A stretch of 64,000 nt of DNA from Patescibacteria group bacterium. Lineage in GTDB: Bacteria; Patescibacteriota; Patescibacteriia; SG8-24; DYFX01. A program made the translations under genes and the position numbers. Below the pieces are notes generated by a model. The model was not told the origin of the DNA. It saw only the letters and a program-made list of their open reading frames with translations, and did not search any database. Shown here piece by piece: positions 16,365-24,979 of this stretch. The number at the start of each line of letters is the position of its first letter. Positions within the stretch are counted from its first letter, which is position 1. The stretch is from NCBI GenBank assembly GCA_030583805.1, contig CP129476.1:509429-573428 (forward strand), given 5' to 3'.

Positions 16365-16724
16365 CCCGTGTACGCACGTCGTCTGGCCGTGTTCCCTGGG
16401 CTCGATTGCGTCGTCGTAATAGGTAGTTCGAACTGCGGCGGGGCTCGCGCCACTGATCTGGACAACGACCTTCACGAAGTTGTGACGAACCTGCCCGGAA
16501 GGCGTTACTTTGGTGCCAAGGGACCGATAGTAGCAGAGGGCGCCGGCGACCGACAGACTTTCGTAAACCCACTGCGGTGATACCAAGACGAGCTTCACCT
16601 TCTTGAGGTAGCTCTTATGTGCGAGGTATGGGCGCTTTGCAAGGTGATTCACGCGATTCACCTCATGGAAAACGACCCGTCGCCCTGCATAATCAGTGCA
16701 GTCTAAGCAGTTGCTCGGGGGCAT
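16353..16724 (-). CDS. Hypothetical protein at the attR-proximal end of the island (123 aa, CxxC ... H-rich N-terminus); possible decayed nuclease or recombinase remnant
   Basis: MPPSNCLDCTDYAGRRVVFHEVNRVNHLAKRPYLAHKSYLKK.... It overlaps the upstream part of the 15925..16572 track ORF, so only one of the two frames is real there. No confident motif. Confidence 0.25.
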   Translation of the reverse strand: MPPSNCLDCTDYAGRRVVFHEVNRVNHLAKRPYLAHKSYLKKVKLVLVSPQWVYESLSVAGALCYYRSLGTKVTPSGQVRHNFVKVVVQISGASPAAVRTTYYDDAIEPREHGQTTCVHGKWP

Positions 16725-16999
16725 ACGGAGACGCTATGGGACCACGACCTCGGGCTGTTGTCAAATGGCTGTGGCGGACACTACTGCGCTCATAATAGCA
16801 TAATCGCAGACCAAAAGCAGGACCGTTCCCGATCCTGCTGTGGCCTGCTTGGTGCCCATCTGGTGCCCAAAATCCGTCGTTGGGTGGCGAACCCTGTCGA
16901 CATCTGGCGAAGGGTGAAACGGGTCATTTCCGCCAACCTTCGGTCAGAATCGGTAGTTATCGGCTAACCATAGGCCTTGTCAGGTTTAGGCGAAGGGCA

Positions 17000-17032
17000 G
17001 GTGCGAATCCCGGCATCTCCACCAAAGAAAAG
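17000..17032 (+). repeat. 33-bp direct repeat copy 2 (ggtgcgaatcccggcatctccaccaaagaaaag), a displaced copy of the ssrA 3' end; putative attR
   Basis: Exact identity with 10647..10679. It is followed by its own hairpin plus T-run (cctct-ccg-agagg cgtttttctttt). Confidence 0.85.
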
Positions 17033-17089
17033 CGCCCCTCTCCGAGAGGCGTTTTTCTTTTGTCATGCTACACTTACCCCAAGACACCT

Positions 17090-17326
17090 ATGAAAGACTC
17101 TCAAATCGAACTCATCGGCTGGTACGGAGCATTCGCCATTCTCTTGGCCTATGCGCTCGCGAGTTTCGGCATTCTCGAAACGCGAGGCGTCCCCTATCAG
17201 CTCCTGAACCTCTTCGGAGCGTTCGGCATCATTCTCGTTTCCATCAAAAAGAAGGCCTATCAGCCCGCCGCGCTGAACGTCGTGTGGCTGTGCATCGCCG
17301 CCATCGCGCTCATCCTCGCCCTATGA
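17090..17326 (+). CDS. Small two-helix membrane protein (78 aa)
   Basis: MKDSQIELIGWYGAFAILLAYALASFGILETRG...VVWLCIAAIALILAL. The 4-nt ATGA overlap with the next gene indicates translational coupling. Confidence 0.5.
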   Translation: MKDSQIELIGWYGAFAILLAYALASFGILETRGVPYQLLNLFGAFGIILVSIKKKAYQPAALNVVWLCIAAIALILAL

Positions 17327-17556
17327 ACCCCATCCGCCTTTCGCGCGAAGAGATAAAAAAGCTCGTCTACGGCATCGAGAGCTTGAACCAGGATCAACGC
17401 GCCCTGATCCGCGAAACGCTTGAAGCGTTGTCGCGCAGCTCGGACGCGCGCATCTCCCCGGAAGAACTCCGCAAGGCGTTGTCGCGCCTGCGCGCCGAGT
17501 ACAAGATTTCCGAAATCGACGCGAAGGCGGTCACGCGCGCCGTGTTTCCGTCCTGA
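17323..17556 (+). CDS. Hypothetical small protein (77 aa)
   Basis: MNPIRLSREEIKKLVYGIESLNQDQRALIRETLEALSRSSDARISPEELRKALSRLRAEYKISEIDAKAV.... The start overlaps the upstream stop (ATGA). Confidence 0.45.
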   Translation: MNPIRLSREEIKKLVYGIESLNQDQRALIRETLEALSRSSDARISPEELRKALSRLRAEYKISEIDAKAVTRAVFPS

Positions 17557-17618
17557 GACCGTTGACGTCCGTCCGAATTCCCGTATGATGCCGGGCACGG
17601 TCTGCCCAGGAGGATTTC

Positions 17619-18161
17619 ATGACCGCACCGATCCTTTTCGAACACCCGAACCGCTTCAACGCGGCGACCGACGCGCGCGGCATTGCCTGGCTCGCCGAAA
17701 CCGAGCTCGAACGGCTGGGCTTCCTGATGCGAAGCGTCGACCCGCGAAAGCCGTGGGGCGCCGAGATCAAGCTGCGCGGCAGTCCCGAACGGGCCATGAA
17801 GTTTCTCCTGTACTTCTTCGGCGACATCGACATCGCTCGCGAGCTGACGGATCCCGTCACGCCCAAGATCCTGCTCATCAAGCAGGCGGAGCGCTTGTCG
17901 TGGCACGTGCACGAACGCAAGCACGCGCATCTTCGCGTCCTGCACGGCCATGTCGGCGTCAGCTTGAGCGATACGGACGCGGAAACCGTTCCGAATGTCC
18001 ATCTGCCTGGCGCATACGTGAGCGTCCCGCCGCAGAAGCGCCATCGCCTTTTCAGCCTGAGCGGCTGGGCGGTCGTGGCCGAGATCGGGCGCGACATCGT
18101 GCCGGGACAACCGTCGGACGACGAGGATACGCGCCGGATCCGAGACGATTACGGACGGTAG
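17619..18161 (+). CDS. Cupin-domain protein (mannose-6-phosphate-isomerase-like cupin_2 motif)
   Basis: AGGAGG precedes the ATG. LSWHVHERKHAHLRVLHGHVGVSL fits the cupin G(x)5HxH(x)3-4E(x)6G pattern. Confidence 0.5.
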   Translation: MTAPILFEHPNRFNAATDARGIAWLAETELERLGFLMRSVDPRKPWGAEIKLRGSPERAMKFLLYFFGDIDIARELTDPVTPKILLIKQAERLSWHVHERKHAHLRVLHGHVGVSLSDTDAETVPNVHLPGAYVSVPPQKRHRLFSLSGWAVVAEIGRDIVPGQPSDDEDTRRIRDDYGR

Positions 18162-18236
18162 ACCGAGAACTCTCGGTCTTTTTCTTTTGAACGAAAAGAC
18201 CCGCCGTGAGGCGAGTCTCTTTCGGATCGGCGCGTC

Positions 18237-18446
18237 TTAGACGCGGCGGACACCGGCGGCGCGAGGGCCCTTTTCGGACGGCTCGACCTCGAAGGTGACC
18301 TTGTCGTCAACGCGGAGCTCGTCGAAGGTGACGTCGACGAGAGCTTCCGAGTGGAAGAAGACATCCTTGGAGTTGTCTTCCGGAGCGATGAAACCGAATC
18401 CCTTATCCGTAAGGCGCTTGATGATACCGTTCATGTGCGTGTACAA
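18237..18446 (-). CDS. Cold-shock protein (CspA family); the likely start is the internal MNGIIKRL (about 18434)
   Basis: ...KGFGFIAPEDNSKDVFFHSEALVDVTFDELRVDDKVTFEVEPSEKGPRAAGVRRV carries the cold-shock domain RNP1 motif GFGFI. Confidence 0.85.
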   Translation of the reverse strand: MYTHMNGIIKRLTDKGFGFIAPEDNSKDVFFHSEALVDVTFDELRVDDKVTFEVEPSEKGPRAAGVRRV

Positions 18447-18581
18447 ATGATTAAACGCAACGCCGCTTGGACGGAAATTGGCAACATTCCCGCGCAGAAG
18501 TCTTTGCTAAGCGAAATGATACCACAGTTCGCGGTTTTTTACAAGCCCCCGACCCCCGTCGGGTGCTACAATGGCTCCGCT

Positions 18582-19202
18582 ATGCCTTTCTCCGGATTCA
18601 GCCCGTCCGATCTCCGATTGTTCCGCCGACTCGACACGCCGGCCAAGGTGCAGGATTTTGTGAACGCGATTCCGATCAACCGCGAGCCCGAAGGCGACAC
18701 CGTCCTCTCTCCGCTCCGCGTGCTTCGCGAGAACCGGGCGCACTGCATCGAAGGCGCCATGCTGGCCGCCGCGATTTTCCGTTATCACGGCGAGAAGCCG
18801 CTCATCGTCGACATGGAAGCCGCGTCGTGGGACCAGGATCACGTCATCGCCGTCTTCAAACGCGACGGTCTCTGGGGCGCGATCTCGAAAACGAATCATC
18901 CCGTCCTCCGATACCGCGAACCAGTCTATCGCACGATCCGGGAATTGATCATGTCGTATTTCCACGAATACACGCCCGTGGGCGGCGAGAAAAAATCGCT
19001 GCGCGCCTATTCGCTGCCCGTGGATCTCACGCGTTTCGACAAGATCGGCTGGATGACGAGCCCGGAAGACGTCTGGGACGTCCCCTACTATCTGTGCGAA
19101 GCGAAACACTTTCCGATTTTGACGCGCTCGCAGATCGCAGCGCTCCGCAAGCTCGACCCGATTGAAAAAGAAACGAGCTCGCGGGAAGAATGGCCCAAAT
19201 GA
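18582..19202 (+). CDS. Hypothetical protein with a possible transglutaminase-like Cys-His-Asp core (AHCIEGAMLAAAIF ... H ... D); possibly leaderless
   Basis: Start MPFSGFSPSDLRLF. TACAAT lies 9 nt upstream of the ATG, with no SD sequence between them. Confidence 0.45.
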   Translation: MPFSGFSPSDLRLFRRLDTPAKVQDFVNAIPINREPEGDTVLSPLRVLRENRAHCIEGAMLAAAIFRYHGEKPLIVDMEAASWDQDHVIAVFKRDGLWGAISKTNHPVLRYREPVYRTIRELIMSYFHEYTPVGGEKKSLRAYSLPVDLTRFDKIGWMTSPEDVWDVPYYLCEAKHFPILTRSQIAALRKLDPIEKETSSREEWPK

Positions 19203-19230
19203 AAAAGCCGCGCTGAGCGGCTGGTCGCGC

Positions 19231-20301
19231 TTACCAGAGATAGCGGTAGACGGCACGAAACTCTTTCACGTATTGGAGATTGGCCTTGCTGAAGCCGTTT
19301 CCCGGCTTGTCCCAGGCGTCGGGGTGCTTGGCGATGATTTTTGCAGCGCCGTAGAGGCCGTGGTTGTACGCCGCGGCGAGATAGGCGCCTTGCTCGTTCG
19401 CGTCGGACTGCAGCCGCTTCAGGATCGTCGCGTCCAGCCGCGCGAGCGTGAAGTCGACGTAGCAGTACTGCGCCATGACGCCGTTGATGTGATCGCGCAC
19501 GCCCGCATAGAACTCCGCCTTGAGCTTGGCGTCGGGATAGTCGTCGCGTATTTCCGCGTACGTCTTGGGGCGGAATTGCGCGAGCCCGCCCGCGTCCGCG
19601 TCGGAGAAGGCGTGATCGTACGCGTCGCCCTGATTCGCGCCGATCAGCGAGAGGACACGGTTGGCCGTCGCTTCGGCGCCGCGCGCATCGAAGTCGGGCG
19701 GATCGATATGCTCGATAACGAGGAGCGTGAGAAGCACGCGTTCATCCACCATCGCCGTCACCAGCGTGTCGGGATCGGTTCGCGAACGCACGTCTCGCGC
19801 TTGCAGCTTGGCGATCGCGCGCGTGGCGATATCGTGAAGATACGCGCGTCCGCGCCGCCGCATCTCAGCGGTGTCGAGGTGCGCGCCGTACGGCGCGTAG
19901 ATCACGGCGACGGAACGACGTTTGCGGCCGAGCGGCCGCTTTTTCACGTTCGTCTTTATCGCCAACACGACAAAATCGCTCGGCGCGTCGACGCGGTACT
20001 CCGAATTCACGCCGTTCCGCTTCAAGAGCGTCACGCGGTACCCCTTCGTGACGGAGCGGCCTTTCCGCACCTTGACCACGGCGAGCTTCGCGGTGCCGGG
20101 CTTCCAGACGGCGAGCACGGCGTTATCGCCGCCGACCTTCGAAGTGCCGACGCTTTGGCCGGCGAGCTTCTTCTTGGCGCGCGCGATCATCTCGACTAAC
20201 GTCGGCGGCGAGACGGTCTTCGGCGGCTTCTTTTTGCGTCCGGCTTCGGCCGTCGCGGCGGTCAGGCAGCACAACAGAAAAAAGAACGCGATCGTCCGCA
20301 T
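19231..20301 (-). CDS. Secreted protein with signal peptide and a C-terminal lytic-transglycosylase (SLT)-like segment
   Basis: MRTIAFFFLLCCLTAATAEA is the signal peptide. ...AFSDADAGGLAQFRPKTYAE...AAAYNHGLYGAAK resembles the SLT-domain GLMQ...AYNAG signature, though the catalytic Glu is not obvious. Confidence 0.45.
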   Translation of the reverse strand: MRTIAFFFLLCCLTAATAEAGRKKKPPKTVSPPTLVEMIARAKKKLAGQSVGTSKVGGDNAVLAVWKPGTAKLAVVKVRKGRSVTKGYRVTLLKRNGVNSEYRVDAPSDFVVLAIKTNVKKRPLGRKRRSVAVIYAPYGAHLDTAEMRRRGRAYLHDIATRAIAKLQARDVRSRTDPDTLVTAMVDERVLLTLLVIEHIDPPDFDARGAEATANRVLSLIGANQGDAYDHAFSDADAGGLAQFRPKTYAEIRDDYPDAKLKAEFYAGVRDHINGVMAQYCYVDFTLARLDATILKRLQSDANEQGAYLAAAYNHGLYGAAKIIAKHPDAWDKPGNGFSKANLQYVKEFRAVYRYLW

Positions 20302-20381
20302 GCGGTTCCTCCTGGCGGGACCACGCGAGTATGCCAGCCGACGACGGATGATTCAACCGAGCCGGCGGCGGTCCGCAGCGC

Positions 20382-20948
20382 TTACGGACGCGCGCAGGCC
20401 TCCGGCTCGACGAGCTTTCGCGCGAGGCTGAATGTCGAAAGAAGAACGAGCGCGATGCCGAGCCAGGTGAATTCCTGCCCGCGGAGCGGGAGCGCGGCCA
20501 AAGCACTGCCCGTGCCAAGCAGGCTCGCGAACAACGCCGAGCCGCAGGCGGCGCAGCCGACGCCCAGAAGACCGACGAGCACGCCGAGCGCGCTGGCGCC
20601 CGCGGCCCGATGCATGCGCACTTGGCGGCGCATGTAGCGCACGATGAACGCGACGTTTATGCCGAAAAGCACCGCGAGGGCGAGCGTCAACGGGCCGCCC
20701 TTGTGAAGAAACGTGACGCGCCCGCCCCACAAAGTCTGAAGCGCCGCTTTCAGCTTCAAGCCGAGGCTGAAATAGTCTTCTTGCGCGATGAAGCCGAGCA
20801 ATTTCAAGTTTGAAAGCACGGCTGCGAACAGCAGGATAAAGGCAAAACCACCGAAGGCGACGAGCCATCCTTCGGTGGTGGAAAACGTTTCTTTCAAAGC
20901 GGAGAGGAGATGCCGAAACCTGGCGGAAATGCGGTTGACGATGGTCAT
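20382..20948 (-). CDS. Integral membrane protein, unknown function (start taken at MTIVNRISARF)
   Basis: 4-5 TM helices. C-terminal GVGCAACGS Cys cluster. Confidence 0.4.
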   Translation of the reverse strand: MTIVNRISARFRHLLSALKETFSTTEGWLVAFGGFAFILLFAAVLSNLKLLGFIAQEDYFSLGLKLKAALQTLWGGRVTFLHKGGPLTLALAVLFGINVAFIVRYMRRQVRMHRAAGASALGVLVGLLGVGCAACGSALFASLLGTGSALAALPLRGQEFTWLGIALVLLSTFSLARKLVEPEACARP

Positions 20949-20954
20949 ACGCGC

Positions 20955-21482
20955 ATGATAGCTTCGCACGCAGAAGGAGGCAACGTGTCCGATCCCGCCC
21001 GTATCGAAGCGTGTCGTCGCATCGTCACGCGTCTCTATCCGCTGATCCTTGCCCAAGTCTGGAGGCCGACGACCGCGAATCCGCTCGAAGGACACGACAG
21101 CTGGAACGCTGAGCGTCCATGGTGCGGCCAAAGCGGTTCCACCTCATGGCTCGTCCGGAAGCGCCTCGGTGGCGCGATCGTCTTCACCGACCATTGGCCC
21201 CACCGGCATTTCTACAACCGGTTTCCCGACGGAACGTACGTCGATTTCGTCCGAACGCTCGCGACCGGGATCGCGTATCCGAATACGCGGGCGGCGGATG
21301 AAGCTGCGTACCTGGCGTCGGAAATCGGCATCGAGGAACGAGGAGAGCTTCTCGACTTCTCGTTCAGCGCCATCTTGCGCTCCGCGCACTTCGGCGACGA
21401 TCCTTCCGGACTGCGTTTGGAAGAGGCCGAACTGATCCTCCGCGTTCACAATCAGGCTCCCCCGCACGTCGATCCAGGCTGA
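20955..21482 (+). CDS. Hypothetical protein (start taken at MIASHAEGGN)
   Basis: ORF with balanced composition, divergent from 20382..20948. No motif recognised. Confidence 0.3.
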   Translation: MIASHAEGGNVSDPARIEACRRIVTRLYPLILAQVWRPTTANPLEGHDSWNAERPWCGQSGSTSWLVRKRLGGAIVFTDHWPHRHFYNRFPDGTYVDFVRTLATGIAYPNTRAADEAAYLASEIGIEERGELLDFSFSAILRSAHFGDDPSGLRLEEAELILRVHNQAPPHVDPG

Positions 21483-21503
21483 TGCCGCGCATCACCTGGT
21501 TTT

Positions 21504-23435
21504 TTATTTTTCCTTGGCAATGAAGCGTCCGTCCCAATCCGGGGCCGGCGGTTCGGCGCGGAAGACGCGGCAGCGTTCGACGTACAGACGCGACGCGTGG
21601 TCGTCAAAACGCTCCGAGAGATCCTGGAACGCGGCTTCCGCTTCATCCCAGCGACGGGCGACGTACGAAACAAGCGCGGCATCGAAGCGCGCGGCGAGCT
21701 CGCGCGTCTTGTCGTCGACGCGGGCCGTTTCCCCCATCAGCTCGTAAACGGCGACCGGCTTCTCTTTTCCTTTCACCGTCACGAGGTCGAGACGGCGGCA
21801 GAAAAAATCTTCGCCGAGTTTCCGGCGCACGGCTTCGGAAATGAGAATCGTGACGCCGTAATATTTCGTAAGGCTTTCGAGGCGGGAGGAAAGGTTCACC
21901 TCGTCGCCGATCGCGGTGTAATCGAAACGCTGCTCGGAGCCCATGTTGCCGATGACGACGTCCCCGCAGTTGAGGCCGATGCCGACGCGGACGTCCGGCA
22001 ACGCGCGCTCTTTCCACGAAGCGCGGAGCGTTTCAAGGCGATCGCGCATGCCGAGCGCCGTGCGTGCCGCGCGGACGGCGTGATCCTCTTGCGCAGCGGG
22101 CGCGTTCCAAAACGCCATGATCGCGTCGCCGATGTATTTGTCGACGACGCCTTCGTGGTCGAGAATCACCGTCGTCATCGCCGTCAGGTATTCATTCAAG
22201 AGCGCGACCAGCTCTTCCGGCGACAAGCGCTCGGAAAGCGTCGTGAAGCCGCGGATATCGGAAAACAAGATCGTCGCTTCGCGGCGTTCGCCGCCGAGCG
22301 CGAGCGGCACCTCGCCGGTTTCGATGCGGCGGATCACTTGCGGCGCGAGATAGCGGCCGAAGGCGTCGCGCATGCGGCGGCGTTCGCCGCGCTCGCTCAC
22401 GTAGCGCACGCACAACTCGACCACGGCCGTGCCGATGATCACGAGCAGCGCGTACCACACCGGCAAAAGCCAGCCGCGGCTCGACAGGAGGAGCGCGACG
22501 AGCATGTAGGCGAGCACGCAGCCGAACGCGATCAAAACGCCGTAGCGCAAGCGCACGGGCGCCAAGAGCGCGGTCATAAACAACGCCACACCGACGTACA
22601 ACGCGGCGGCGAGCGGAAGCGGCAGATGGAATAGGATGCGGTGCGGATCGCCCGAGCGGATGATGCCGACGTAGTTCGCCTGGATCTCGACGCCATGCAT
22701 CAGCCGGCCGTTACCGAACGGCGTCAGCGCGGCGTCGTGGAGATCGGGCGCGGTGGCGCCCACGAGAACGATCTTTCCTTGGAACGTTTCGGGAGGGACG
22801 CGCCCTTCACGTACGTCGATAAAGGAAGCGCTCGGAAACGTGCCGGGTCCGCCATAATACGCGACGCGGAACGCTTCATCGTAAAGAGCGGGCCGGCCGG
22901 CCACGAGCTCGGCAAACGATTCAAAGAAATACGGCGAGCGGACGACGCCGTCCGAGTCGGGATGCAGCGTCGTTTGTCCGACGCGCCCGTCGACCGCGTC
23001 CGCAAAGCGCGGCAACGGCTTCACGTACGTCTCCGTCACGCGCTCGTCGGGCAACACGACGTTGCCCGCGCGCCGAAGCGCGGCTTCAAGCGCGGCATCA
23101 TCCGCTTCGTTCGACGGTTCGGAAAACGTCACGTCATAACCGATCGTCGACGCTCCCGCCTCCTTCAACGTATCGATCATCTCGGCGTGCACGGAGCGCG
23201 GCCACGGCCAACGTCCGATCGCCGCGATGGAAGCGTCGTCGATTCCGACGATCACGATGTCGCTTGGCGGATCGCGTTTCTCCACGAGCTGGTCTTGAAG
23301 CCGCGCTTCAAACGCGCGCCAATAGCCCAACTGCTGCAGCAACAGCACGCACGCGACCCACGCCAAAGCGCCCGCAAGCGCCAAAAGGCGGCTGCGGCGG
23401 CGAGAGCGTTGCGTGAGATTCGGCGCGAGCGGCAT
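21504..23435 (-). CDS. CHASE2-sensor class III adenylate/guanylate cyclase
   Basis: N-terminal TM, extracytoplasmic CHASE2-like domain (IVIVGIDDASIAAIGRWPWPRSVHAEMID), a TM block, then a cyclase domain (ATILFSDIRGFTTLSERLSPEELVALLNEYLTAMTTVILDHEGVVDKYIGDAIMAFWNAP...GIGLNCGDVVIGNMGSEQRFDYTAIGDEVNLSSRLE). Confidence 0.8.
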   Translation of the reverse strand: MPLAPNLTQRSRRRSRLLALAGALAWVACVLLLQQLGYWRAFEARLQDQLVEKRDPPSDIVIVGIDDASIAAIGRWPWPRSVHAEMIDTLKEAGASTIGYDVTFSEPSNEADDAALEAALRRAGNVVLPDERVTETYVKPLPRFADAVDGRVGQTTLHPDSDGVVRSPYFFESFAELVAGRPALYDEAFRVAYYGGPGTFPSASFIDVREGRVPPETFQGKIVLVGATAPDLHDAALTPFGNGRLMHGVEIQANYVGIIRSGDPHRILFHLPLPLAAALYVGVALFMTALLAPVRLRYGVLIAFGCVLAYMLVALLLSSRGWLLPVWYALLVIIGTAVVELCVRYVSERGERRRMRDAFGRYLAPQVIRRIETGEVPLALGGERREATILFSDIRGFTTLSERLSPEELVALLNEYLTAMTTVILDHEGVVDKYIGDAIMAFWNAPAAQEDHAVRAARTALGMRDRLETLRASWKERALPDVRVGIGLNCGDVVIGNMGSEQRFDYTAIGDEVNLSSRLESLTKYYGVTILISEAVRRKLGEDFFCRRLDLVTVKGKEKPVAVYELMGETARVDDKTRELAARFDAALVSYVARRWDEAEAAFQDLSERFDDHASRLYVERCRVFRAEPPAPDWDGRFIAKEK

Positions 23436-23439
23436 GGCG

Positions 23440-24975
23440 TCAGTTGATAATGGGGAGATCGGGCTGGACGACGCGGAGCGTGTCGGTGCCGGTAAAAATG
23501 CCGAGCGCGTGCGTATAAGACGCGATCAGCTTGGTCTCGCCCGCGCGTTCCATCGCGGTGAAAAGATTGCCGCGCATCTGGCCAATGGGCGTCGCCGACG
23601 CGCCGAGCGACCAGACGACGTCTTTGGTCACGTCTTCCGTACGCCCGTCGCTCCAGCGCAAAAAGGCGCTGAAGGAGCCGGACTCTCCGAATCCGAACGT
23701 GAAGCGCTCGCCGGACACCTCAAGGCGCTGCGGAAGCGGCGTCGACGGAACGGAGACCGGCGTCGGCGTCGGCAGGCCGTCGACGCGAATCTCGAACGCC
23801 GCATCCGAAGCGGCGTCGGTCGCGGCTTCGAGTACGGCGGGCGGCGCCGCTTCGAACGTCGCACGGCGGTCAAGAACGCGGTGCAAGGTCTCGGCCAGGT
23901 CCGGCGAGACGCGAAGCGCGACATCGCGCAAGAGCGGCGTCAGCTCCCGGTGATGCGAGACGTATTCAATGACGCGCGGATGGATCCTGCACTCGAGACC
24001 GCTCCTCCGCACGTACGCGCAGAACTGCTCGGCGCGATCGAGCGTCGCTACGGCCCCGCGCTCTCCGCCGGAAAACGAAGCCACAAGAAGCGTCTCCGCG
24101 GCGAGGCGCGTCATCTCGCGCGTGGCGATGCGCTGCGCGTTCGGCGGATGCTTCGCGATGGCGGAGCGCTCCTTCGCTTCGACACGCACGCTCATGTCCG
24201 GCCGCGGCACGAAACGTTCGAGGTCGCCCTGCAAGCGTTCCTCGACGCGCTTCCTGAACGAGACGTCCATTTCGAGGTTTCCGCGTACCCAAGCGTCCTC
24301 CGACAGTTCTTTCGCGTCCTCAATTTTCCAAGCGCTGGCGTTCAAGCGCGCGGTCGCGCCGGCTTGCGGCACGATGAGCCGGAGTTTCTTGCCCGCAGCG
24401 ACGTCCGCGGCGTCGCCGCCGCTCGCGGGAGCGACGCGCACGAGATGCTCGGCCACGTAGACGTCGTTCGCAGCCGCCGAAGCATCCACGAAGAACGCCG
24501 TGCCGCGCACAGTCGCCACGAGATGCGGCGTACGGACTTCATATGCCGACTCCGGCGCCATGAAATCGAGCAGGCGCGACCACAGGCGGCCGCTCTCAAG
24601 CAGGATTTTTCCGACAAAAGAATTTTTTTCTTGGTCCCAGGCCAAATCCTCCAGCGTGATCGTCGCGTTTTCGTCGAGGCGGGCGACGCCTTGTTCAAAC
24701 AAGTTCAGGCTGGCCGAAGCACCCGCGCCGGTACGCACGGCGTCGCCTTTTTCAACTTGCGTTTCGGCCGTGATCGCGATCCACGCTTCACTTCCGGCTT
24801 TGCGGATCTCGACGGTCCCGCGGTGCGGCATGACGAGAGCGCGGTGCGGAACCAGTTCCGGCGTCGATTCGGCCAACGAAGCGGCGGCCGAGTTGAGCAG
24901 CGCGCGTTCGGCAAAGAAGCCCAGCACGAGAAGCGCCAGGATGCCGAGCAGGATTTTTTTCGCGTGTTTCAACAT
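23440..24975 (-). CDS. FecR-domain protein (N-terminal TM plus periplasmic FecR-like domain), the partner commonly found next to CHASE2 cyclases
   Basis: MLKHAKKILLGILALLVLGFFA is the TM. ...TVRGTAFFVDAS is the FecR signature. A long C-terminal domain follows. Confidence 0.65.
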   Translation of the reverse strand: MLKHAKKILLGILALLVLGFFAERALLNSAAASLAESTPELVPHRALVMPHRGTVEIRKAGSEAWIAITAETQVEKGDAVRTGAGASASLNLFEQGVARLDENATITLEDLAWDQEKNSFVGKILLESGRLWSRLLDFMAPESAYEVRTPHLVATVRGTAFFVDASAAANDVYVAEHLVRVAPASGGDAADVAAGKKLRLIVPQAGATARLNASAWKIEDAKELSEDAWVRGNLEMDVSFRKRVEERLQGDLERFVPRPDMSVRVEAKERSAIAKHPPNAQRIATREMTRLAAETLLVASFSGGERGAVATLDRAEQFCAYVRRSGLECRIHPRVIEYVSHHRELTPLLRDVALRVSPDLAETLHRVLDRRATFEAAPPAVLEAATDAASDAAFEIRVDGLPTPTPVSVPSTPLPQRLEVSGERFTFGFGESGSFSAFLRWSDGRTEDVTKDVVWSLGASATPIGQMRGNLFTAMERAGETKLIASYTHALGIFTGTDTLRVVQPDLPIIN

Positions 24976-24979
24976 AGGT

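Larger units (their letters stand above)
10680..16999. mobile_element. About 6.3 kb genomic island integrated into the tmRNA 3' end. It is AT-richer than its flanks, carries no recognisable integrase, and its cargo is a Dcm-type MTase, a GHKL/MORC-like ATPase, an HTH-2xHNH protein and small unknowns.
   Basis: It is bounded by perfect 33-bp direct repeats of the ssrA 3' end. Lines 10700-16700 have visibly lower GC than neighbouring regions. All cargo genes are co-oriented on the minus strand. Each repeat copy is followed by a different terminator-like hairpin plus T-run. Confidence 0.65.

Noticed and set aside
10680-16999. Searched the island for a tyrosine/serine integrase or excisionase
   Set aside because: No ORF with recognisable integrase motifs (R..HxxR..Y) on either strand. 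The small ORF at 16353..16724 is the only candidate remnant and is unconvincing. The island is therefore described as integrase-less or decayed rather than as a prophage or ICE.
19162-20199. 345-aa plus-strand ORF overlapping the secreted SLT-like gene
   Set aside because: Antisense, Arg/Val-rich. The minus-strand gene has a signal peptide.
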